Positions 55,384-62,670 of a DNA stretch of 64,000 bases are shown here, one piece after another. Where the stretch lies: the NCBI GenBank assembly GCA_030652335.1, contig JAUSAW010000010.1, forward strand, positions 64,563 through 128,562, written 5' to 3'. The stretch comes from Gammaproteobacteria bacterium. Its GTDB lineage: Bacteria; Pseudomonadota; Gammaproteobacteria; Francisellales; CACEW01. Below the pieces are notes generated by a model. That model saw only the letters and a program-made list of their open reading frames with translations. It made no database searches and was not told the DNA's origin. How positions within the stretch are numbered: the first letter of the stretch is position 1; each line of letters opens with the position of its first letter. The translations under genes were made by a program, and so were the position numbers.

Positions 55384-56100
55384 ATGCCCGACAAAATACC
55401 ATTAGCTGACATACTAAAAGAACTCATTAAGCATCCAGACGAAATACTTTCAGTCGACTTATTATCTGAACTTGAAGAGGGGTATACCTTATTGGCCAAA
55501 GTGATTAAGGTTGTAGCAGAGTGTATTGAAACAGATGCAGAAAGGATCAAGATCGTAGAGAAACTTGAACTCACTAGCGACTTATTAGCAGCTACCCAGT
55601 CTCCGACAAAAAGTAATTGGCCCCATTTACTTGCGGCTTTGAAACAATTAAAAGGCACTGTTTTAATAGCGTTCTTTAAGCAATGTCCGGTTTTTACCAA
55701 TGAATTATTAAGTATTCCGGGTGACGATAATATAACGAGCCTACACATTGCCTTAAGCGTGCTAAAAGGCCCCGCTTTGAAGGCATTTTTAGAAAATTGT
55801 GAAGAATTAAGCTCAGATTCATTAGCTTTGCAAACTAAGACTGGCGCTACTGCATTGCATATAGCCATTGATTTTTTATCGAGTGAGGATTTAAAACTGT
55901 TTCTGGCTAGATGTCTGCCTTTATCTCAGAAGGCATTAATGACGGAATTTGGTGATAAAGGGTCAGTATTACACTTAGCTGCTGTCAGATTATCTAAAGA
56001 AGATTTCGCAGTGTTTAAAGCGAAATGTGCGCTACCTTTGGTATTTAGAGGAGTGCTTGCCAGTACTGCCGTTGAGCCACAATTGTGTCCTAGCACCTAG
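55384..56100 (+). CDS. Hypothetical protein with 38-aa ANK-like repeats (238 aa)
   Basis: Three exact-period 38-aa units (aa 105-142, 143-180, 181-218; nt 55696..56037) plus a degenerate upstream unit. Pattern ..LL......G.T.LHIA...L....LK.FL..C..L. Antisense ORF 55320..55868 is regarded as a shadow. Confidence 0.65.
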   Translation: MPDKIPLADILKELIKHPDEILSVDLLSELEEGYTLLAKVIKVVAECIETDAERIKIVEKLELTSDLLAATQSPTKSNWPHLLAALKQLKGTVLIAFFKQCPVFTNELLSIPGDDNITSLHIALSVLKGPALKAFLENCEELSSDSLALQTKTGATALHIAIDFLSSEDLKLFLARCLPLSQKALMTEFGDKGSVLHLAAVRLSKEDFAVFKAKCALPLVFRGVLASTAVEPQLCPST

Positions 56101-56113
56101 TATAAAGAATAAT

Positions 56114-56137
56114 GGGGATAGAATAAATTCTATCCCC
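56114..56137. terminator. Perfect 10-bp hairpin between convergent genes
   Basis: GGGGATAGAA taaa TTCTATCCCC, located between 55384..56100 (+) and sodB (-). Confidence 0.65.
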
Positions 56138-56145
56138 TTAGAGGA

Positions 56146-56724
56146 CTACCCTAAATTTTTAGCCACAAAATCCCAATTCACTAAATTCCAGAAGGCTTCT
56201 AAGAATTTAGGGCGAGCATTTCTATAGTCGATATAGTAAGCATGTTCCCAGACATCGCAGGTCAACAAGGCGATTTTGCCTTCGGTCATCGGGGTGCCTG
56301 CATTGCTGGTGCTGATAATATCCAGTTGGCCGTCTTTATTTTTAACCAGCCAAGCCCAACCGGAACCAAAGGTGGTAATAGCGGTTTTGCTAAATTTTTC
56401 TTTAAAGAGATCGAATGAGCCAAAAGCATCGTTTATAGCCTCTAGCACTTTACCGGTCGGTGCGCCTCCAGCATTTGGGCTTAGGCAATGCCAGAAAAAA
56501 GTATGGTTCCACACCTGAGCCGAGTTATTAAAAATGCCGCCGGATGAGCTTTTAATAATATCTTCCAGGCTTTTGCTTTCAAATTCGGTGCCTTTAATAA
56601 GGTTGTTAAGATTATCAACATAAGCCTTATGATGTTTGCCGTAGTGATATTCCAAGGTTTCCGCTGACATATGAGGTTCAAGCGCATTTTTTTCAAAAGG
56701 TAGGGCGGGCAGTTCAAATGACAT
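56146..56724 (-). CDS. sodB: Iron superoxide dismutase
   Basis: [27 protein letters not shown].. and ..[13 protein letters not shown]... 192 aa. Confidence 0.95.
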   Translation of the reverse strand: MSFELPALPFEKNALEPHMSAETLEYHYGKHHKAYVDNLNNLIKGTEFESKSLEDIIKSSSGGIFNNSAQVWNHTFFWHCLSPNAGGAPTGKVLEAINDAFGSFDLFKEKFSKTAITTFGSGWAWLVKNKDGQLDIISTSNAGTPMTEGKIALLTCDVWEHAYYIDYRNARPKFLEAFWNLVNWDFVAKNLG

Positions 56725-56887
56725 ATTTTCTCTCCAGTAGTAAAGTGATCATGGTATCTTAACATCGAATTTAGCAATAGTGCTAGCTGTGAAAAGGTAG
56801 GCTTTGCTAGCAGTCGAATATAATATAAAGTATCCTGAATCAGCTGTGATATACGTAAAGATGGTTTTATTGCATTGAGAAATTTTA

Positions 56888-56896
56888 TGGTATTAT
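56888..56896 (+). promoter_or_regulatory. Extended -10 element upstream of grxD
   Basis: TGgTATTAT, 37 nt upstream of ATG 56933. No clear -35. Confidence 0.4.
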
Positions 56897-56932
56897 CTTA
56901 GCATCGAATTTTACTATTAATAGGGCTATCAC

Positions 56933-57247
56933 ATGCAAGATATCGAAAATACCATTCGCGAACAAATTGCCAACAATCCCATTATTATCTATATAAAGGG
57001 CACGCCACAGTTCCCACAATGCGGATTTTCTGCCAAATCCGTCCAAGTATTGCGTGAGTGCGGCAAAGAATTTGCCTTTATTAATATCTTAGAAAATCCT
57101 GATATCCGTGCCACCCTGCCTAAAATGGCGAACTGGCCGACCTTCCCACAGCTTTATATTAAAGGCGAGTTAATCGGCGGCTGCGATATTATCTGCGAGA
57201 TGCATGCGGCTGGTGAACTTAAGCCCCTTATCGATGCTATCGGCTAA
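56933..57247 (+). CDS. grxD: Monothiol glutaredoxin (Grx4 family)
   Basis: ..IIIYIKGTPQFPQCGFSAKSV.. (CGFS site), ..WPTFPQLYIKGELIGGCDI... Confidence 0.93.
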   Translation: MQDIENTIREQIANNPIIIYIKGTPQFPQCGFSAKSVQVLRECGKEFAFINILENPDIRATLPKMANWPTFPQLYIKGELIGGCDIICEMHAAGELKPLIDAIG

Positions 57248-57317
57248 TAAAGTGAGCCTTACTATATAAGGCTGACAACTATTATTATCGGATCATGATA
57301 GAGATGGTGTTTTAAAA

Positions 57318-57830
57318 TTAGCTAGGGTGGCGCCTTCCACTTGTGCCACTTAGCCAGTCTTCCATTTCATATTCATTGACTATACGCTTGCCTATCTCGT
57401 TTAGCTTCTGATAGCTTATACTAGCCAGCTCGTTTGGAGATAAACTCCCAAGCTCATCATTAATGATTCCATGTAGGTATTTAAAGAATATCTTGATATC
57501 AGTCCTAGGCCCTATTGTTATTTCAAATGCCTCAGCAAGCTTTTCAGAAAATAATCGATAAGAATTTTTGCCCCAATGCGCATTATTAGCTTTATATATT
57601 AACTCACCTAGGCTTAAGCATTTATCAGGATGATCGATAACAGTATCAATAAAGTCTCTGGCCTTTTTGGCACCAGTACAACCGCTGGTTAAGCCTGCGG
57701 CTCTTTGAAGCCATACTGTTGAATTACTAAATAGGCTGTTATGTGCAGAAGGAGCGGCACGATTAATTTCTGCGATGTAATATTGAAGCGCTTTACGGAG
57801 TGATTTCTTTAAACCATCTAAATTTTTCAT
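57318..57830 (-). CDS. Hypothetical protein (170 aa from preferred start)
   Basis: Listed ORF to 57863. ATG 57830 is preceded by AAGGAGGtgtt. No recognisable domain. It ends ..EMEDWLSGTSGRRHPS. Confidence 0.55.
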   Translation of the reverse strand: MKNLDGLKKSLRKALQYYIAEINRAAPSAHNSLFSNSTVWLQRAAGLTSGCTGAKKARDFIDTVIDHPDKCLSLGELIYKANNAHWGKNSYRLFSEKLAEAFEITIGPRTDIKIFFKYLHGIINDELGSLSPNELASISYQKLNEIGKRIVNEYEMEDWLSGTSGRRHPS

Positions 57831-58042
57831 AACACCTCCTTGTGTTAGATCTATTGAGCTCATGCGACAGTTTTATCTTTGGCATCTTACCCATTACAAC
57901 AGAGAATACCGTTATTATATAGAGTGTACTAAAGCTAAGGATAACTATGAATTTTGAATAGGAGCTTAACTACCGATAACAAAGGATCCACCTGCTAAAG
58001 GTTTTAAAAGTGCATCGTAATATTGGGTGTATAATAAGTAGA

Positions 58043-58058
58043 ATGACAAATTTGTAAT
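58043..58058. promoter_or_regulatory. CusR/CopR-type box upstream of the response regulator
   Basis: ATGACAAATTTGTAAT vs the remembered E. coli CusR box core ATGACAAnnTTGTCAT. It lies 67-82 nt upstream of ATG 58125. Confidence 0.55.
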
Positions 58059-58124
58059 TTACATGTCACAATTAGACCATAAAGATTTGTTATTTTGTAG
58101 CATTTGCATAAACCAAGGGTAAAT

Positions 58125-58802
58125 ATGCGCATATTACTGGTTGAAGATGAAAGAAAAGCTGCCGAGTATATCAAGATAGGCTTAAGCCAAAGCGGTTATA
58201 TAGTCGATACTGCCGATAACGGTGAAGACGGACTATTTTTAGCGCAAGAACATGATTACGACGCGATTATTTTGGATATTATGTTACCCAAGCTAGACGG
58301 TTGGTCGGTATTGATGCAATTGCGAGTCGAGGATAAAAATACCCCTGTGCTGTTATTGACCGCACGAGACGCCTTGGATGACCGAGTACAAGGCCTTAAT
58401 TTAGGGGCGGATGATTATTTAGTAAAACCGTTTGCCTTTTCAGAATTACTTGCCAGGGTGCAGGCGCTGTTGCGTCGCGGTAAAAAACAACAGGTACAGG
58501 TGCTAAAGGTCTATGATTTAGAAGTGGATCTGGTTAAGCATAAAGTCAGAAAAAAGGGTAAGCGCATCGAGCTATCCCCTAAAGAATTTGCCTTGCTAGC
58601 CTTATTTGTTCGCCGCCAAGGTCAGGTGCTTTCAAGGACGGTGATTGCTGAGCAAGTCTGGGATATGAATTTTGATACCGATACCAATCTGGTCGATGTA
58701 TCGATTAAAAGATTGCGCGATAAGATCGATGACGGTCCAAATAAACTGATTCATACCATTCGGGGTTTGGGTTACGTATTTGAAGATAGGGCAAATGAAT
58801 GA
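58125..58802 (+). CDS. cusR: OmpR-family heavy-metal response regulator (CusR/CopR family)
   Basis: MRILLVEDERKAAEYI..GL...G..VD.A.NG..G......DYD.IILDIMLP..DGW......R......P.LLLTA......RV.GL.LGADDYLVKPFAFSELLARV..LLRRG closely parallels E. coli CusR. The listed ORF start 58104 is rejected in favour of ATG 58125. Confidence 0.9.
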   Translation: MRILLVEDERKAAEYIKIGLSQSGYIVDTADNGEDGLFLAQEHDYDAIILDIMLPKLDGWSVLMQLRVEDKNTPVLLLTARDALDDRVQGLNLGADDYLVKPFAFSELLARVQALLRRGKKQQVQVLKVYDLEVDLVKHKVRKKGKRIELSPKEFALLALFVRRQGQVLSRTVIAEQVWDMNFDTDTNLVDVSIKRLRDKIDDGPNKLIHTIRGLGYVFEDRANE

Positions 58803-60208
58803 CCTTACGCTTAAGCCGCAACTCGATAGCCTTACGATTATGTCTGCTTATTTCCCTAAGTGTCTCCTGTACCTTATTATTTGCAGCCATCGCCTTATAC
58901 GCGCTGCTGGATATTAACTTCGATAAAAATGCCAAACAGTTTTTGCAAAATGAAGTTGTAGTAATCGAAAATATCTTACAACAGCATGTTAATAACTGGT
59001 CTGCACTCAATCAGGAAATTATCTGGGGCCCGCAAGGTAACCATTATTTATTTCTGGCCAGGGTCAGCACCATACAAGGACAGCTGGTTCGCGCGACTCC
59101 TAATATCGACAGCTTGATTCCCGATAGTGCCTGGCCTATTCCAAGCTTTGCTGCAGGGCCTGTGTCGGATATAAATAAGGTGCAAATTGGTAAAAGCACC
59201 TATGCGCTAATAACAGGAGTGCTGCAATTAAATAACCCAGGACATCAGGTTTTTGTCATCAACGTGGCTTACGATATAAGTCAAAATCAAGAAATCCTAG
59301 GAAATATCGCTCAAGAATTGCTTATTATAAGCCTGGTCGGTTTAATCGTATCGCTATTATTTAGCTTCGTCCTGACTAAGATTGGCTTAAATCCCTTGTC
59401 GCAATTCGTTCGGGAAATTTCCAAGATTGACCCGGAGGCCCTAGATAAGCGAATAGATATCGAAGACGCCAGCGACGAGCTAAAGCCTTTAATCGATGCT
59501 TTTAACCATTTATTAGAGCGGATTAAGCAGGGTTATGAACGCTTATCAGATTTTTCCTCCAATATTGCGCATGAGCTACGCACTCCGGTTAATAATCTCA
59601 TGATGGAAACCGAAGTGTTACTTTCTCAGCCCTTGTCAGAGGCTAAGGCCAAAGAATTGTTAGGTTCGAGCTTAGAAGAATATCAACGCTTAGCCAGTAT
59701 TATCGATAGGCTATTATTTTTAGCCCGTTCCGATGCCAAAAAGCTGCGCCTGCAAAAAGTAGAGCTCAATTTGCTAAATGAAGTACGAGCGGTAATGGAT
59801 TTCCATGAAGCCATGGCCATGGACCGCCATATTAAAATTGAAGTACAGGGCCATGCAAAGGTATGGGCCGATCAGACCCTATTGCGCAATGCCCTGGCTA
59901 ATTTGCTAACCAATGCGATTAAATATAGCGGCGATAAAAGCCATATTATTATCCGTATAGAAGAAACACCGGATACCGTTAAGGTGGCGGTGATCGATAA
60001 TGGCCCAGGTATTGCAGAAGCGCATCTGCCGCGATTGACCGAACGCTTCTATAGGGTAGATAGCCATCGGACTGCAAGCACAGGTGGCTCCGGTCTTGGT
60101 TTGGCTATCGTGCATTCCATTATGGAATCCCACGGTGGGCGTGTAGAGTTTCAACATAATACCCCGCAAGGCATGATTATCGCTCTAGTTTTTTCCAAGC
60201 CAGAATAA
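58799..60208 (+). CDS. cusS: Heavy-metal sensor histidine kinase (CusS/CopS family)
   Basis: Two TM helices flank a periplasmic domain, followed by a HAMP domain. H-box FSSNIAHELRTPVNNL, N box ..LLTNAIKYS.., ..DNGPGI.., ..GGSGLGLAIV... ATGA overlap with the regulator gene. Confidence 0.9.
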   Translation: MTLRLSRNSIALRLCLLISLSVSCTLLFAAIALYALLDINFDKNAKQFLQNEVVVIENILQQHVNNWSALNQEIIWGPQGNHYLFLARVSTIQGQLVRATPNIDSLIPDSAWPIPSFAAGPVSDINKVQIGKSTYALITGVLQLNNPGHQVFVINVAYDISQNQEILGNIAQELLIISLVGLIVSLLFSFVLTKIGLNPLSQFVREISKIDPEALDKRIDIEDASDELKPLIDAFNHLLERIKQGYERLSDFSSNIAHELRTPVNNLMMETEVLLSQPLSEAKAKELLGSSLEEYQRLASIIDRLLFLARSDAKKLRLQKVELNLLNEVRAVMDFHEAMAMDRHIKIEVQGHAKVWADQTLLRNALANLLTNAIKYSGDKSHIIIRIEETPDTVKVAVIDNGPGIAEAHLPRLTERFYRVDSHRTASTGGSGLGLAIVHSIMESHGGRVEFQHNTPQGMIIALVFSKPE

Positions 60209-60224
60209 ATGACGAAATTGTCAT
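60209..60224. promoter_or_regulatory. Second, near-perfect CusR/CopR-type palindrome immediately after the cusS stop
   Basis: ATGACGAAATTGTCAT, 15/16 to ATGACAAnnTTGTCAT counting n as free. TAATAT (60257..60262) lies 32 nt downstream. Confidence 0.5.
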
Positions 60225-60371
60225 AGTTCTGTCAGTTAGCAGTAAGTTCGATAGGCTAATATGAACACATAAGGTTAACCCATGGCGCTCCCTCTTCTCC
60301 CTCACTGCTATGGGCACCTTACTTAATTATTCAGCAAAAACTTCATAGGGCGAACTTCGCCCGTAAAATCC

Positions 60372-60380
60372 TGGTATAAT
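60372..60380 (+). promoter_or_regulatory. Extended -10 element upstream of 60418..61761
   Basis: TGgTATAAT, 38 nt upstream of ATG 60418 (RBS AAGGCAGG). Confidence 0.4.
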
Positions 60381-60417
60381 TCTAATTTAAGCTATAATTA
60401 GAAAAAAGGCAGGTATT

Positions 60418-61761
60418 ATGAGCATTATCAGTTCTGGTATAAGTGGATCGTTAGAAGAGTTAAGCTGGCAAGACGTGCGCTTGCAGGTAAAGGAAGTAAA
60501 CCCTACCTTAGCTAAAATTATCGATGACATAAGTCCATCGAAAGAATACGGCTTTTATAAGGTTAAGTATCCATTTGGAAGTGAAATATTAAAAAGGGCC
60601 ATGTTGCATTTACCCTTTAATGATACCCTTTTGCCTATTACCGACCCACGCTTAAGCCATATTAAAGAAAAGCTAGGAAACTATAATTTAAATAGTAATC
60701 CAGCTTCCCTAATGCTAAAGAATACTTGTGAAATCTTTTTGGGATTAGAAGAAAAAACCATATTGCTTCCGTCTTTTGGATTAATTTCACCAGGAAAGCT
60801 ATTTGGGACCTGGCGATTATTAAGCTCCAAAAAATCCCAGCATCCAGCCTTTATATGGAGCATGACAGCGGGTGCCAGAACATTATTTATGCTGCCAAAA
60901 ATCTCAGAAAGATCCAAGCACGAAAAATTAAGAAAGGAATTTAATCTTACTTTCGATGTCCCTAGAGGATTAATAAGTCATTGGGAAATATTTAGATCTT
61001 TGGCTAATGATAAGAGCTTTGGCGAAGAGTGGGATGTAGAGATTCTATTCTTTCATAAGAAATGGTTTGATAAGCCTGATGATAAAAATTGGGTGCCTTT
61101 TACCAAGTATTTATTGCAAACGGCATTTGATGCTAGCGAATTCGGGCGGAATGACTTTATTTGGGATATTGCTATCTCATTAATGCAACAAATGAGAAAT
61201 ATTCGCCCGGTGCCTTATATAGCCGATACCGTAAAGCATTTGTTAACCATCGGCGTAGGCGTGGTGCCTGGATTTTCTCCGGCTATCGATGATATTGCAG
61301 GCCCCATTAAACGACTTGAGGAAATTTATTCCACTATTTATGGGCTGGCTTATGCCCCCATTATTATGCAACCGCATACCTTTGTGTCGGGAGAAAGCCG
61401 TCCCGTCTATTATTCTTTGTCGCTGCCCACCATAACGAGATTTTCACCACGCTCGAGAGAGGAGAGCAGCAAATTATCCGATTTATATGAGATTAAATCC
61501 TTACTAAACAAGTATTTGAATGATTTATCTAGTATCGATTTAAACCTTAAGGACACCCTGATCTATGATTTACCCTCTAAAGTCCAATATGATTTTTTCC
61601 ATACCGAAACAGAAGTTTATAGAGGAATACAGGCTAGTAGTGAAATCCCTGTCGAAGACACCTTGTTTGCTAATATTCCTTATGGCGCTAAACAGGATTT
61701 CCCCGCAAATGGTATATTTGTAAATGGCTGTGTGAGAATTAAGGATAAATTATCTAGATAG
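60418..61761 (+). CDS. Hypothetical protein (447 aa), no recognisable domain
   Basis: Long ORF with an RBS, and a codon/aa composition like the surrounding genes. I recognise no motif. Confidence 0.7.
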   Translation: MSIISSGISGSLEELSWQDVRLQVKEVNPTLAKIIDDISPSKEYGFYKVKYPFGSEILKRAMLHLPFNDTLLPITDPRLSHIKEKLGNYNLNSNPASLMLKNTCEIFLGLEEKTILLPSFGLISPGKLFGTWRLLSSKKSQHPAFIWSMTAGARTLFMLPKISERSKHEKLRKEFNLTFDVPRGLISHWEIFRSLANDKSFGEEWDVEILFFHKKWFDKPDDKNWVPFTKYLLQTAFDASEFGRNDFIWDIAISLMQQMRNIRPVPYIADTVKHLLTIGVGVVPGFSPAIDDIAGPIKRLEEIYSTIYGLAYAPIIMQPHTFVSGESRPVYYSLSLPTITRFSPRSREESSKLSDLYEIKSLLNKYLNDLSSIDLNLKDTLIYDLPSKVQYDFFHTETEVYRGIQASSEIPVEDTLFANIPYGAKQDFPANGIFVNGCVRIKDKLSR

Positions 61762-62406
61762 TATATACAGCACTCTGGCTCTATCCGTGCTGGTTTTATA
61801 CTCGATTAGCTGCACAATCTTTAGGTTGGCTGCCTTGGCATAAGCGCAAACCTGCTCTTGGGTCGGCATATGGCCCCAAACTGTGCCATATGGCGTGCCA
61901 ATTTCGTAAAATGCATCCGCGGTATTGGTGGCATTTAGTGGCGTAGTTGCTAAGGTTTCAAGGATAAGGATGCCATTATCATTAAGCCAGTGGCTTAAAT
62001 GTTTAATCATATCGAGTTGTTCGTCAACAGGAAATTCAGCTATAAAGCTCCAGACCCCTATTATGGCATCATATTTCACGGGGGGCACATATGTGGCTAT
62101 TTCTGCCTCAATAATATCAATAGACTGAAAATGTTCAGATAAATACCGTATAAAATTTTTACTGCGCTCTAAGGTATGGATTTTACCTTGGTAACCTTTT
62201 TCAATTAAACGCCTTATAGCGCGGCCATAACCTGAGCCAATTTCGATCACTAATTTGGTTTTTTCAATATAGGGGTAGATGATGTCAATGTCACAACCGT
62301 TTTCTATTCCGCCGCGTATGGCAAGGTCTCTGAGGCTCTCTACCGGTATATTTTCATACCAGTCAATATTATCGGTATTTTGCCAGGTTTTTTTAGAATA
62401 ATTCAT
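61750..62406 (-). CDS. Class I SAM-dependent methyltransferase
   Basis: ..LVIEIGSGYGRAIRRL.. (motif I) and ..YDAIIGVWSF.. (motif II-like), 218 aa. Convergent 12-nt overlap with 60418..61761. Confidence 0.8.
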   Translation of the reverse strand: MNYSKKTWQNTDNIDWYENIPVESLRDLAIRGGIENGCDIDIIYPYIEKTKLVIEIGSGYGRAIRRLIEKGYQGKIHTLERSKNFIRYLSEHFQSIDIIEAEIATYVPPVKYDAIIGVWSFIAEFPVDEQLDMIKHLSHWLNDNGILILETLATTPLNATNTADAFYEIGTPYGTVWGHMPTQEQVCAYAKAANLKIVQLIEYKTSTDRARVLYILSR

Positions 62407-62670
62407 TTATACCACCTTTTATATATACAAATATGTAATATTTTGCTATAATTAGTCCGTTATAAAATAAATTACTTAGGGGGAATCATGAAACAGGTCG
62501 CAATCTAATAATTTACGATTATAGCCCTTGCTATGCAGGGGTTATAACTTTGAACCTGTAATATCCCGCCTTTTGTCTACTTTATTCAACTGCTATTATA
62601 GAATAGCTGCAAATATGCGTATTCCTGCTAAACTTAAAAAAATATTTTTTAATAAGGCATCCAACGAGCC

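Noticed and set aside
55320-55868. 182-aa minus-strand ORF overlapping the 38-aa-repeat gene.
   Set aside because: The plus-strand frame shows an exact-period repeat with conserved residues. The minus frame is Ser/Leu/Asn-rich without structure. It was judged a shadow, although this was not tested.
57255-57273. AGCCTTA ctata TAAGGCT hairpin after grxD, considered as a terminator.
   Set aside because: The stem is only 7 bp with no adjacent U-run on either strand, which is too weak to call.
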